This document shows positions 26,400-39,319 of a DNA stretch of 64,000 bases, in pieces. The stretch is taken from NCBI GenBank assembly GCA_036172245.1, contig JAYWIR010000045.1, positions 682,001 through 746,000 on the forward strand, read 5' to 3'. The translations under genes were made by a program, and so were the position numbers. Source of the stretch: Raillietiella orientalis (lineage: Eukaryota). The notes beneath the pieces were generated by a model. It was not told where the DNA came from and searched no databases. It worked only from the letters and a program-made list of their open reading frames with translations. Each line of letters starts with the position of its first letter. Positions within the stretch are counted from its first letter, which is position 1.

Positions 26400-29350
26400 A
26401 GCGCTACCCTCTTTTGTGTGCCTGTCTTCGCTTTCTCCTAAACGGGAGGTTGAAGGAAAAGAATTGTTGGAAGCGCTAAGAACACAGCAAAGGTGATATA
26501 CATATTCGAGATGTCTGGTAAATCCAAACGGCGATTGGCAAGAAGACAGCTTTGGGTCCACGATTTTGGGATTAAAGACTTTCCAGATGACTAAAGAAAG
26601 CTTTTGGTTCCAGCATTCCAAAGCTCTCTGAAGTTGCAGATGAAGCTTCGGATTTCGAATCAGTTAATACGGGATAAGTTGGAAGAGGGAAGCGGGGATG
26701 GATCCCTAGACGATTGCTCAAGTCTGGATGACAGTTTCCTCGATTTACAAGCAAATTCCGTACCACTGGAGTTTTGCACTCTTAACGTGCTGAGTTCATT
26801 TAAGCAAGAGCGGTGCTGTCTTGTAATCCCTCGAAGCAAACGGGATAAACAGGAAAGCAGGATGTCGTCAGAAAACGAATTATAGGAAGCAGCTTTGGAG
26901 ACCTCGGAGTGAATTCCTGTTCATAAGACACCTTGCTTCATCGCGTACAACAACCGTGAATCTTTTGGGGAGCTGAGCATCGCGGTACCTTCACCGGAGA
27001 TGAGTTTCTCATCTCTATCAATCAGTAATTCGGTGTACGCAGTACAACTAGAGTCATTTATTGATGAATGTGTACGGAAGGCGAGGGATTTGAGCACCCT
27101 CCTCCCGAATGGATTACCTCCAAGAGGATGCATTACATTTTATAAAAGAGCAGGGTATGGGAACATTCCCATTCAATATAAACGGATACGCAGATATGAA
27201 TAGGAACGGATCTCAACGGGATACGCGCAGCACGGCGCATCCCGTAGAGAAAAATTTTATGGCACATTCGTCTTCATCGTACACGCGCCAAGCAGTTTCG
27301 AACGTGCGCGTCCGCACGGGCGCACTTTGATCTTAGCCCAAAGGCCGAAAAGGGCAGGAGCATCCAGAGTGCAAATCAGGCGCGACAAGAGGATCGGAAT
27401 AGGTCACTGGCAATGTGCAAAATTTCCTTGGAAGACCTGCACAGAAAAGAATCTCTTTCGTTCCCATCCTGCCAGAGACCATCAGGATGCACCTCCGCAA
27501 TCCCTAATCGAGCAGAGTCCTCCTAAGAGAACGGCGCTTGGGGCGATGCAGGTCTCTCGTTCTCGTCTTCTGATGACCAGCAACCTTGTTCGAACATCCG
27601 GAATCTCCGTGACCTATTGAAAATTCCTCCGCCGATGATGGCTGAACTTCCGGTGGTTTTCTCCGGAGAAAGCAGCAGCGAGGGCTGCTCCTGCGAGCAT
27701 GCTCTGCGGCGTCCAGGAGAGGATGGAAAAGTCTCTCTTGCTTTTTTTCTTCCTTCAAGCTAGTGCCGAGGGCACGCTGAGGTCCTGTGAACGTGGTCTT
27801 TCCAGGGTGGTGCTGCACATCTTCCTCTTCTTTGCGGCAACATTTCCTCGAGAGTTTGCGTTTCCCTCGAGAGGCGCCCCTCGCAGGCACGTCTGACGTC
27901 GGAGCGCTCCGCGTATTCGAAAGCCCTGGTTCTCGGGGCAGCAGCGCCAGGTAGGCCCCGTTTCGAAAATTCCAGGGAAGGACTGCGATGCGGTGCAGGG
28001 AACCCGACGTCGTTGCGACCTGATCACCTCCGGAAAAGAGGGAGCCGCACCATGCTGCCGGGCTTGCGCTGCTCGTTCGAAAGCACCGCGGCGGCATTCG
28101 GGAAGGCGCGCGAGCGAAGAGAGAAAGAGAAATCCATCGGGATCCGGCGCTCGCCTCTCCCTCGCACTGATTTCGGAAGAGGGAACTTCAGCTCGCCCTC
28201 CGTTTGTCGCAGGCTCGTCGGCATCCCGGGATCCCAGGAACGGCAATGTCCCGTAGGAGCTGGAAATTCCAGGAACGTTCCCAAGCTCCTCTCGGCGAGA
28301 GGATTGGAACCGTCCGGAATGACTTTCCGATCTTCTCCATCTTGTCGTTTATTCTTGTTGCGTCCGTGCGTGCGAGCGGATGCTGCCGTCGAACGGCCCG
28401 GGCATCCGCTGAGCCCACCGTCTCGGATGCGGTCCAAGCGACCGGGAAAGGATCGGTCGCTGGTCTTTTTCCGGGTCGCCACCTCCTGGACAGCTAGGTC
28501 GCCGGAAAAGGACCAGCGAACGACCCGGAGAGCCGGGCAGAGCCCACACGCGTAAGCAGGCAGGTGTGGGGCTCAGAGGCGACGAGAATGCCAGTTCCGG
28601 GAGGAGGGCTGCGAGGCTGGAAACCTACGGAGGCGAACCTGCTCGACGCTGGCAAGGAGTGAAGCGGATGTGGCGTATCTCCCGGGGGCATGCCGTCCTT
28701 CCGCCAGCAATCGCGAATCCGGGCAGAGCAGGGCAGGGAGGCTCTGGAAGCTGAGGAAACCCGCCCCTTGCGTTTCTCTGTGCGATCCTGAATTCTTGGA
28801 TTCTGCTTGTGATTCTCACTGGTATGCCGAATATTGAAGATTGCAGCTCAGAAGGGAAGGCCTGGAAGACGAAAAAGGTGGTAATCCTGTGAGTGTAGTT
28901 CTTTCGTTTTCCCGTCCCCGGCCTTTCCTTGCTTTGTGTCTCCCCTCCCCTTTCTTCCATCTGAATTATTGATCTACGTGCTTCCATCGCGGAGGCATCA
29001 CGAAGTGGTCATTCTTATTTGCTGGGGGTTTCGCTGGGTTTGCGCGAATACGATCACTTGTAATCCACGGTTCCCGGTTTCCTTGAGGGTTACTTAGGGA
29101 ATAGTTGTGCTGGTCAAATGAGTATTCTGGTTGTGTGCGTCTCGGAAACGATTCTTCGCTTCCGTTCGCCCTCTCCCTCTCCAATCTGACCCCAAGGGGA
29201 AGGGAGCAGATCGTGTTCCTGTTAGCAGGGCTACTCCCGAGATCCATTTTCAGCTGCTCATAATTGGAGCCACGGTCGAGAGAGCACCTAGGAAGCGACG
29301 TCATCCGGAGAGCCATAATTAGTAGACAAGAAACGACAGTTTTTTGGCTC
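26400..29350 (+). pseudogene. Decayed pPolB, N-terminal region to near motif B
   Basis: EEGSG/W (26682-26702), SISNSVY (ISINVY), HYIL*K, GHWQCA, LPVVF (27647-27661), IEDCSSEGKAW (~28835; motif A). Confidence 0.6.
27491..28789 (-). repeat. 1,299-bp inverted repeat, right arm
   Basis: Reverse complement of 24959-26257; spacer 26258-27490 (1,233 bp). Confidence 0.97.
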
Positions 29351-29499
29351 AGGGCAGCAGGCAACCTGGTCGAGCAGATGCTCACTGGGGAGGGAGCAGC
29401 GAAGAACCTGCTTCCACGTTCCCCGGCGAGGTACGAGTGCTTATACGGCGATCACCATAGCAGCAAGGGTGGAGGAAGGGGAAAGAAGCATCCCGTGGG

Positions 29500-31030
29500 G
29501 TCAGGGCCGGGTCGTTCGTGCTTGGGCAGGTGAGATCCTCCGGTGGTGGCTCTCTCCGGTGACGCTAAAGCGTCCGAGAAGAAACCGCCGTGCGTTTCTC
29601 CCCGACACCCCGGGCGCCGTACGTCGGAGGGACAGGCAGAACGAAAAGGAACATCTCCCTCGCTCTCCTCCCTCCCAGAGGGACACGGCTCTCTCAGGAA
29701 GCGGCCTCGCTCTGTCGCCGCCGTGTTCCACCATCCATTCCGCTGCCTGATCGGAGGAACCGCCGCCGCCGAGGCAAACTGCGCTGCCCGTAACCTCGTT
29801 ACGCGTCCTGACTAATCAACTCCAGCTTCCGGGAGGAAATTCGTTCGAAAGGTTCTCAACGTTATTGGGGCTAAGTGATTTTTAAGGCGCCAGTCTGGTT
29901 TGCTTGCAGTTGGGTTCCTCGGAAATTGGACGAGATGATGCTTCAGTGAGATCGTGGGCACCGGTTCGTGGAGGAAACGGGAGGACCAGAAGCAGGGAGG
30001 AAGGAAATGGGGAGGTATCGATTTGGAGGATTGAATAGAAGCTTTCCCCCACCGGAGGGATTGTGCACTGTAAGTTCGGTTTGGCGGGAGGGTGTTGTAT
30101 GCCACAGCATTCTGTGAGACCAATCGGCCTGTGTTTTGCAGCTTTGGTAGCAACGCGCCGCGGCACACGTAAAGTTAATTGACAGTTCCGAAGATGCTTC
30201 TGGGAAACGACGAAGCTGCCGATTTGCAACCTCCGTGATTATCTTGAGAATTTTCGACCATAGAGTTCCTGGTAACAGCTGGGATCTCCATGGCTTCGTC
30301 TCGAGGTTTCCGAAGCGGTTTCCCTCAATTTATTTATTTTCCATTGGATTTCTTTTTCAAATTGCAGCAGAGTCTGCAGTCATCATTTTTCGCTGATGGT
30401 ATGGGTTGGGTAAAGTTTTCCTAAGATTATAAAACTTGAGATAATCGTATATGCAGAAACCTCAAAATTTCTTTTTTGTATATTTACGGGAATTCTTGCA
30501 CCGTTTAATAGATGGCACTGTTCGATGCAAGGGTCCCTCTGTGATTAAGATCCATAATTAGCATGGAGAGCGTCTTGGAAATCGTGACACGGACTAAAGT
30601 ATTCCTCATACTGAGAACTCGACGAACTGATTGATCTGCTTGGAATCCAGATTCTCCGATGATTGATAATGATGGATCCTCCTAGGAGTATTCTCAGCTT
30701 GAAGGGAAAGCTGCTTTGAAGTCCAACAGGTGATCTTACGTCTGGCGGACATCTTCGTTTCTTGTACGCACAAAGAGCCTTTTTTGCTTGTTGTCCCCTG
30801 GATAAGCCGAATAAGCTGCACGCTCCAGACCCAGGCGATGCAACATCGTTCCTGCATTCTTGACGTAACAACAAGTTCAAGAGATGCTTGGTGGAAGAAG
30901 ATCCGGTGCACCCTCTTGCAATCAGCCTGATTCGTCCAGGATGGGAGGACTTCCCTATGAGTGACACAGGCGTAGGAGCAGAAAGAAAGCACCCTCTGCA
31001 TCGTGGATGCGGATTTGTTGCAGCTGCGTA
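29500..31030 (+). pseudogene. Decayed pPolB, C-terminal half with motif C
   Basis: DTPG, LIGG (IRGG), KLPICNLRD (~30212), HGERL..DTD (30586-30594; YTDTDS), FKRCLVEEDP..LIR, EQKESTLCIVD (EQNKxALSxxDDKR). Confidence 0.65.
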
Positions 31031-31099
31031 TTGTGAACATCATGAGATGCGAAGCAATGGAAGAATCATCTCATCCAAATTTAGAAACAAAAACGATAC

Positions 31100-31550
31100 A
31101 CTTCTCCCCCTAGTGATGGCCTCTTTTCCCACAGGAGAACAATCAACTAGGTGGTGATGGTAATGGTGACGGAAGACTCCATTGGGAAGTAGGTGTCCTC
31201 TCAAATGCGTTGGAACTTCGGGAATTGAATTCCCCGAGTTCGGCAGACAGCAGCCGGTAGGGACGTTGATCCCGAGACCGGAAAAAATGCGAGATACATT
31301 CGGTTCCTTCCCGGCTAGTTCTCGCTGCACAACTTTCCCCTGACTCACTCACCTCAGGTGACGCCGCCTGGACATGTCCAGTCAATGTGATTAGCATCAG
31401 GGAAGTCCACCCTGAAGAGATGAATTGAAGCAGCTCGCAAAGTGCTGAAGAGCCGTTCGGCTCCTCAAGGGGGAGCTCATGAAGCTCTTTAACGCTGATA
31501 CACGCCACCTGAGGGTGCATGCAACTCTTCGATTTAAAGGACGACTCCGT
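31100..31550 (-). pseudogene. pPolB fragment
   Basis: LLQFISS (LRFIDS) then HLLPNGVF (LLxKGVFPY). Confidence 0.35.
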
Positions 31551-31559
31551 AGGGACCAC

Positions 31560-32141
31560 CCTATGAGTCCAGGAAGGATCCGGAGGAAGGAGTCTGTTTC
31601 TCTTACGCTTGGAAGGGAACCTCGAAGGGAATCTCTTCCTTATTCTCTACGAAGGGGTCCCTCGGAGGGAACCTCTCCTGGAATTTCCCCTCCGGGAGGA
31701 ACCTGCAAGGGGCTGCTCCTTGTTTCCTCCTTCTCTGAAGAGACCCCTGAAAGGACGCTTCCAGATTTCTCTAAGTGGTCCTCTCCCCGAAGGAGGCAAC
31801 GCGCTTCCCGCACTTTGGAGAGACATCCACCAGCTTCGTGGTGCACGATGGAGGCTCCTCTTCGAGAGGGGAGACGGCCCCATTTGCACAACTGGAGAGG
31901 AACGACCCCGAAGCGAACCTCTCTTGTTTCCTGGAAGGATCCCGGAGGGTCGAATTCCAATCACAGTCAGTCAACGGAGGCAGTGCTCCACCCGAAGCTT
32001 ATGTGCCAACCAGCGTCGTCCTGTGGGAGGGATTGGAAACCCACGACGCACCCCCCGTTATCTGCGTCGATCCTTACCCAGGAGGGATTCGAACCCTCAA
32101 CTCCTGGTGCTACTCGCGTAGACCACACCTATGGGGCTGCC
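31560..32141 (-). repeat. tRNA-headed structured element (SINE-like or Pol III ncRNA), ~580 bp
   Basis: B-box/T-arm gggttcgaatccc (32096-32084), two further T-loop-like hairpins, and many short hairpins including cUUCGg loops. Colinear with 52620-53197. Confidence 0.7.
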
Positions 32142-32649
32142 AATGCGGGCTAAAAGAGAAGGGGTGAGCTCAAGGTGAGAACACCGCTTCGTCTTCGGTT
32201 ACGGAATCAGGGCCGTTGTTGCCCATTCTGATGCCCACGGAGATTTGGGCTGCTGTTAAGCTAGTTGCGCTCCAGGAGCCAAATCGACTACCTCTTGTCC
32301 TCTCGCCAGAACTGGATCTTCTGTGACATCCCCCTAACGGCGACTCAGCACCAGGAGCTAAGCAGAAGAGCTTTCCTTTAGGGAAAGCCTCTTCCACCAA
32401 TGAGGCTCGAACGAACCGTCAAACTGGAAGCCACAGACAATAGTGTGCCGCGCGTGTTGCCATCCTCCACTTCGAGGTGGACCGCGAGGAGTCGGCAATT
32501 GTAGAAATTGCGTCATTTCTGAGGGGCAGGATGCAGATCGCCGGATCGCCGGATTATGCACGGATCGCCGTCATCATTGCCACCATCGTCATGGTTCATG
32601 CACTTGCGGCAACCTTCATCTTGTCCAGAAGAAGAAACCATCGAGTGCT

Positions 32650-35600
32650 TGGCCCCGTTGCGGAGCAGCCAGTCCGCTGGAGCTTGGGGTTGACACCCAG
32701 TACTGGGTGGTTCGAGGAATCTTGCTCTCGCTAATTCTGCATCGCATTTCGAATTGAGCTTAGCGAATCGCCACGCTTCTTGGCGACGAGGCCAGAGTTT
32801 CTTCACCTGGCATCTAAGGATACGGGACAGTGGCTTCCTCTCTCACTACGCATCTTTGGCATGGCCACTCCCGCATTGTCTCTTACGAGCTCTGCTCGTC
32901 TGGAAGGGACGGAAGCACGCATGAAGCAGAAATGGGAGCACCTCGTATCACCTCCAGTACAAGCGAGATGCTGAGCGCGTGATGCCGCCACTATTCAGGA
33001 GAAGCGGCTCTTCTATGATCCGTTCCGCTTCCCAGGACGAAAGCGCCATTCTCCTCCATGCTGGACTGCGAGAGCGCAGGTGGGAAACTCGGACTGAGAG
33101 CGAATAGGAAGTCCCCCATCATAAGTTTGGGTTTGCCTTTCTCAGAGGTGCAGCGTGTCAGATGCAAAAATAGAAAAGAATCTTTGCCAGATGCAGACGT
33201 GAAAGAATTATGATTTCCAAATTTCACGTTCGGGGATGGAAAGGAGACCACACGAGCAACAGATGGATATTTAGGGGGTTGCATCTCCGGTTGGATCCAA
33301 GCAAAGGGATGCAGACCCAGGAGCGACATCAGGATGCTTTGGATGGCAAAAAAACAGTGTTCGACCTAGGCAAACGCCGGGAGCGGGTCTTCGAGAAGGC
33401 TGTGCCGAGAGTTGCGCTCGTAGACTCCTCGTTCGATGCGAGCGAGTGAATCGCTCCCAGCCCGCGCACCACGCAACGCATCGCACCGTGTGCTCATCCC
33501 TCATCCCAAGGCGGAACGCGGGAGCGAGGGATACTTACCTGGCTTCGAGGCGTTCTTGGTCACCATGGAGATCCCTCCAGAGTGAGGCTCGATCATGCAC
33601 TGCGATTGGACGGACCTCTGAGATAACCCCAAACGTGGGTTACTCGGAAGCATAATTTTTAAGGCGGAACGCGCATCTTCACTGATCCAGGTGTGGACCC
33701 GGATCTCCATCGGAGGATCGCGTCCCGCTGATCCGGGACGCTTTCCGCCCGATGGAGAACCCTTTCCGCACCGCCCACGAGGTGCGGCTGAAGAGTCCGC
33801 CTGCGCGGGCACCACCCACCAGGGACGAGAACGCCGGCAGTTTGTGACGGAGGGGAGCGGCGCGGGAAGGCGCGCGTGCTCAGTCACTGCGTCAGTGAAG
33901 AAACCATCGTTGCTGAAGATGCGGCGAACCAGCGGCCCGGACCAGACCGAAACTGGTCACCGCCTCGGAGGCGACCGAGGGCAGGTAACGGACTCATGTC
34001 CCGGGACTCATGGCTCCAGGATGCGACGGCATGTGGTGGGTGTTCCGTGGAGAGGCATCTGTCGTCCCTTCGGAGACTCGACCGCGACTGCGGAAGCGTT
34101 CCGAAGGCACGAGCGAGGGTGGCTCTCTCGTTTGACGGTGGGACGACAGGTGGCACGCATCGGCAACGACATGGCGTGTCCCGCTATTGAAGATGCCACC
34201 CCCATGGAGCGGCTTCCACCCTCAGAGAAGCGATTAGAAAGCTGGCGGTAGCCAAGTGCAACCCTGGATGAGGAGGAAGCAGTCCCGTTCGGCAGGAGGT
34301 ACCCGAATAATAAGGGAAGAGCGGACTGATTGTGGAAGCGGTGGGATATTTCCGCATTGCATCCTTCCTAACGCTGCGGCCAAGGGTCAGCCTTTCCCAG
34401 CCTTCCCTTCCGAAGTCGACTTGCGCTGCAGCCGCAAAGCACCTGGCATGGCTGTTCTCCATCGGTGGTCCTCGTAGCGCTGGAAGCGGGAGCGCGGACC
34501 GCGGTGGACTGCTGCTGTTGCTACTGCCGCACCCAGCACGCCTCCTCCGGGTCGTCACGAAGGAAGTCGGCAGCTCGCCTGCAGCCCGAGTTCCCTTCCG
34601 GCGGAGCGGGCCGTGACGGGGAGCGATGCGACCACCAAACGGCGAAATCCCTTCTCGTGCAGGACCTCCTCACCGCCGGGTCGGGTGTTCCCGCGGACGA
34701 GATCAGCCTTCTGACTGAAACCACCTCTGCATTTCACTTCGATCCTTTCTCTTGCAGGTCTTCGTGCGACGCCTTGTGCCCGCGTTCGTGGAGGTGCGCG
34801 GCAGTTCTGATCTCTGGCATTCGTCCGATCTGCAAATGAGGCGGCCCTGCCGCCGTTGCAGATCCCAGCTTTAACGTGGTCGCGCGCGGACTCGTCCGAG
34901 AGATCCGATGTCCTTGGCAGCTCGTGGGACTGACAGCTGGTTGGTTGGTTCCCCTCGTTTTTTGTTTTCCGCTGACAAGACCGGAGCGAAAGAGATTCTT
35001 CCCTGTGTCCTCCAGGAGACAGGTCCTCCAAGGAGATTTTGCGCACGGCCAGTGACCTGTTCCGAGCATCTCGCCGCGCACGAATCGCGCGCGCTGTACG
35101 CTCCGGACGCCTGTACGGGAATTCCTCGTAGGTTCTGCGCGGTTTGGAGATCCGAAGAAGGACCTGGTGATGGGCGAGACTTCCGAGGAGACGGGTGGCG
35201 CGCATCAGGAAAGACGTGAACACGGCGGCCGTTCCAGAGACGCGTGGTGGAAGCATCCACCACTGGCATCTTCCTAAGGAACCACAGGCTGCTGTGTGGC
35301 CGGGATGGAAGGGACAGTCAGGCTGCGAAGGCGGTCGAAGGTGCCTCCTCCTTTTCGTTTCCTTGACCTCTCCTGCTTCATCTCTTTGACAGTGTGGAAC
35401 GCCGACTCTTCCAGCATTTTTCTCGGCTCGCCTTGTTCAGAGCCGCAGTGGGCTGCTGATGCAAAGGCCTGGCACGTACGTGATCAAAGGAACCACATAT
35501 CTAAACCGTCTTATTGATGAACTGGTTCGTGTTGACGAAGCCTTCACGGGAGCAAGTCACGTGTTCTCTTCATCTTGAACTGTAGGCCCGTGCAAGAGAG
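32650..35600 (-). pseudogene. Near full-length decayed pPolB
   Basis: Contains the 1.98-kb repeat motifs, then EREIWK..SGK (motif B, ~33230-33185), TGGDTRCS (motif C position), RFAKLNSKCDA (32770-32738; EFVGLRSKxYA). Confidence 0.6.
33366..35345 (+). repeat. ~1.98-kb near-identical direct repeat, copy 2
   Basis: Matches 7441-9420 at offset 25,925. Confidence 0.97.
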
Positions 35601-35949
35601 AAAAGGTGAAGAAGATTAAGATTCCCGAGCATGAGCCCATGTTTTCAGTTTCCTTTTCAAAAAAAATTGATTCCAAGAGTTCGAAGGAGCTGAAGATCTT
35701 TGAATTCTCCCATACTGCTCACGTTTTTTCTAGAAAAATAAAATAAAATACATGGAAAGATGGAAAAAATCGAATTATGGATGAATGTCTAATTGAATCG
35801 GGTGGATGCGTAATTGCAATCACTCAAATCTGTAGTGAAGTAATTGAATCCTTTTAGATTACCAGTTATCATTTGATTGATGGTTTCCATAACTGAACAG
35901 CTTCTTTCCCCATCTCACGTGAGGCTTCGTAAACAGGAGCTTCCATTCC

Positions 35950-37520
35950 AGAAGAACTTTATTCCTTAAATGGATTATGTGTTTCTGAGTTGTTCCCGCC
36001 TCCGTATTATATTGAATTACACACCCGAGCTTCGGGACTCACTCAATCCTACCCTGCAGGGATCATGTTGCTGTGAAAATGGGCAAACCAATAGCACTCA
36101 TCACGGCGAAGCAAAAAAACAGAGGGCGCGCAGCCAGATCTGGTCACTGAAGCTCCTTCCAGCGACCTCTCTGAACTGCTGCCGCCGCATCCCTAGGGCG
36201 CCCGGCGCAAACGTCTCCCTTGTTGGTGGTCATGCTCAGGGGACTGCCTGTCACACGAACCGGCCCATCTGATCACTACATCTCATCTTCAAAAAAGGAA
36301 AAAGAAAGAAAGAAATTGGCCGTCGAGAGCTGTGCCCATGGGAGCGAAGCAGGTCAGTTTTTCATCCCGTTGTGAATCCCCGTGTGATGCCGGGCGTTGA
36401 GTGTCTTCGAGCCATCTCTTCCTCCGCTCATCTCCGTTCCCAGGAAACCTTTTTTTTTTTGCCGCCGACGATCCACACCTCTCCGAGAACCACTCGAAAT
36501 TTCCTGATTAATAGGAGAACGGGAGTTCTCGAATTCTGCAGACATCCCTTTGTAGCTCTGGAGGCTCGGCTTTGCGGATTCCTCCGTTCATCAGCTTCCT
36601 TCATCTGTCCTCCTCTTCCACTCGGAAGAGAGGACAAATTGCATTTGCTCTCGAACCTTATCTTCCTACATTCTTAGAATCCCCTGCTGCACTCGTATTT
36701 ATGCAGCAGCGATACTCCTCATCAATGGGTACCTCGACCAGCTTTGATTGCTTTTCTATCCAAGTGGGTGATTGCAGCTTCCTATCGTTTCCCCCGCGCT
36801 CCTGCCGGTTCCAGCACGAAACACAGTTCCAGATCTTTTCCCTCTTCCACGCAAACGCTCACCTCGTCAGTGTCCTTTGCATTGGCAATCACTCGCGCAT
36901 GTCCAAGGCGCAAAGCGCCTTATCGGACCGCCCGCAGCACGTCCGGCTGCTCTGCTCTTCCACGATCGTCGTGTCGCCTGCGGGAAGTGCATCTCGTGTT
37001 TCGTTGCATCATTTCCTGGGGATCTTGAAGTTGATCCTAGTATAGCAACTGTATGGACAGTCCCTCTTAAAGGTTTCCTGGCTTTTGCTCAGACACCGCT
37101 GTCGAAAGCCCGCAAGCATTTCCTCGGGGGAACAAACCGGAAAGAACAATACACCTAAAAGAACCATCCACAAGACAGACCAGTAGAGATGTCTCGGAGA
37201 GATCGCTACTGATGACATTTCGAAGGACACACATTGGAATCAGAGAGATCACCCTTCTTTTTGCACTCAGTGGCATGTTGACACGACCTCGGTCGATCGA
37301 ACGTTGTCGTGGCAATCCCTTGATGCATGATCTCCTTATGGAAGAAAAGAACGCATTTTACTCTTTGATGCAGATTCCTGGATAAACTGAAGTATCCAAC
37401 GATGACATTTGAAACGCTTCGACAAATGCTCATCCGGACTGGATTAGTTTGAAAAACAAAAATATGGCGTTCTGACTCCCTGTCCCTTTGATTTGCCCTG
37501 CACCATCATCAAAGAATGTG
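35950..37520 (+). pseudogene. Decayed pPolB, N-terminal to middle region
   Basis: VECLRAISSSAHLRSQ (CxRCLxxFxSxxxLxxH), RHPFVALE (PFVIYADFE), IGNHSR (VRDH), EKNAFYSLM (KExFYSxL), FETLRQML (FExFRxxC). Confidence 0.55.
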
Positions 37521-37559
37521 GCTCCCAGAGAGCTACACCCGGATCCAGTGTTCCAGAAC

Positions 37560-38100
37560 GGAAGTCGAGTCATCACAAGCAGTGTTGCCTGACCGCCGAA
37601 ACTCTGCAGCAGCAGCACTGGAAGAAGTGAGACAAAGGAAAAGACACCGAGTATAGGCAGCTGCTCTTCTCTCTTTCGCGCGCGCTTCTCGGCCTTTTGG
37701 CTAAGATCAAAGTGGCGGAGGACACCGCAGGATGGAAGTTGGTGTCGGTTGTGCCTAGGTCCGATTCCAACCAAAGATCGGATCCGGTGCTGCAGAAGGC
37801 GAATCGGGTATTTGTCCTGAAAGTCTCTTGTCCCTTCGAAAACAAGGAAGAGGCATAATTGGAAAAAGAAAAGAAGCACCAAGAGCTCGCCTTGTCATTC
37901 ACGAGAAAAGGTCTCCAGGCTCAGGTACGTGCATTTATTGTAGGTGCGCTAGGATCGTGAAACACTCGGAAAAATGGAGTCATTCGTGTGTTGGGCATCC
38001 CGAGGCGATATGCGGATACAACGAGGCGCTTGACGGTGGCGCCGTGTGTCTAGTATAGCAGGAACATCTACTCGACCCACCGTCTAGGACATCCTCCAGA
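37560..38100 (+). mobile_element. 3' end of an R2/NeSL-like non-LTR retrotransposon (restriction-like endonuclease domain), decayed
   Basis: Single frame from 37742: QRSDPVLQKANRVFVLKVSCPFENKEEA*LEKEKKHQELA..VRAFIVGALGS*..LGIPRRY..RRL..SRNIYSTH, matching the RLE pattern RPD..DVTCPFEN..K.KY..IVGALGSW..SRNIY..H. Confidence 0.8.
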
Positions 38101-39319
38101 TGATGCCACTAACCTGCAACATGGAACGATAGAAGAAGAGGAAAGGTGTCTCTCTCTCGCCGACTCCAGTGGAAACGACAGTGATAAGATTCCGAAAAAT
38201 CTGAAACCCAAAGCTACGCGATACTCAGGGAACTCGGGATCTTTCGCGGGTGGGCAGAAAACTCGAAGAGGTTGGATGTGGGTGTCAAAGGTCAGCAATC
38301 AGGTTGCTGTATAAGATGCTCACAAGCGCGTGACGATCATTTCGAGGTCGTGTCGAAACGGACCAAAAGGGTGAAGTTCCCCTACACATCTACAGAACGT
38401 AGCTCGATCCAAACTTGACTGAAATGATGCAGAGAGTAACTCCGAGTGGATGCAGTCACTGAGCGAACAAAGGACCAATCATCGTGCAGAGGAATCTTTG
38501 TCAGTATGAAACTCATCCTACGGTCATTGCTGCGGACAACTTCTGAGGCAAGTTCACTGCTGCCGTTGATAAGGTGGCTTGCAAGGAACTTCTAGAGGCT
38601 TACAGGCGTCTTGGCTTTAGATCTTGTTGCTCCTATATCGGTGCTGGAGAGTTGACGCTTTGGTTCCTTTCCCTTTTCTTTAACTGACTCGTCTCTTTCC
38701 AAAAACACAAATCAATGCTCTTGGCTCTCGCCATGAACGAAATTCAATAGAGCTATCGAATGAAATCAGCCTGCAGGAACTCAGAAAAATGTCTTCTTCC
38801 TCGACTTTTTCTTCTCTGTAGTCCATCAGGGAGTTGATCCTCTGCCGTCCACCCTGTGTTTTGAGTCTTCTCCAGCAGCTCCTCCGGAATCACAAAAGTG
38901 GACTCTCGGTGGCTCCAGAGAAGGCGTACAGAACATCTAGATGACTTCTTAAGAAAGCGGTAGCATGGCTGAAGAGGAGATGTTTCTCAGGAGATTCTCG
39001 GGTTTGAGAGGAAGAAAAGAAAATGAAAGCGAGGAGCCAAGTACATCGAAAGGGAAGCATGTCTGTACCCACTGGCTCACAGAGTCCTCTGCTAAGTGCA
39101 CTTGGACGACGACCGGAATGAGGAAGATACAAGAATGAACATTGTTGTGGCAATGCCAATGTCCTGCCTGAACATCCACCTCCTGCGTCGACGTCTTCTG
39201 TTCCCGAGCCTCCTCCTTGCCCCATCCTTTCCCTCCCCATTGCGAGCTCCCTGATCATTCCACAAGCCCGGCACGCTTCAGGATGTGCAAGTGTCTGAAT
39301 ACGAATGAATTTGGATACC

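Noticed and set aside
38320..38345. Second histone H3 fragment (HKRVTII)
   Set aside because: Only 7 residues, no flanking H3 similarity; surrounding sequence resembles the pPolB C-terminus.
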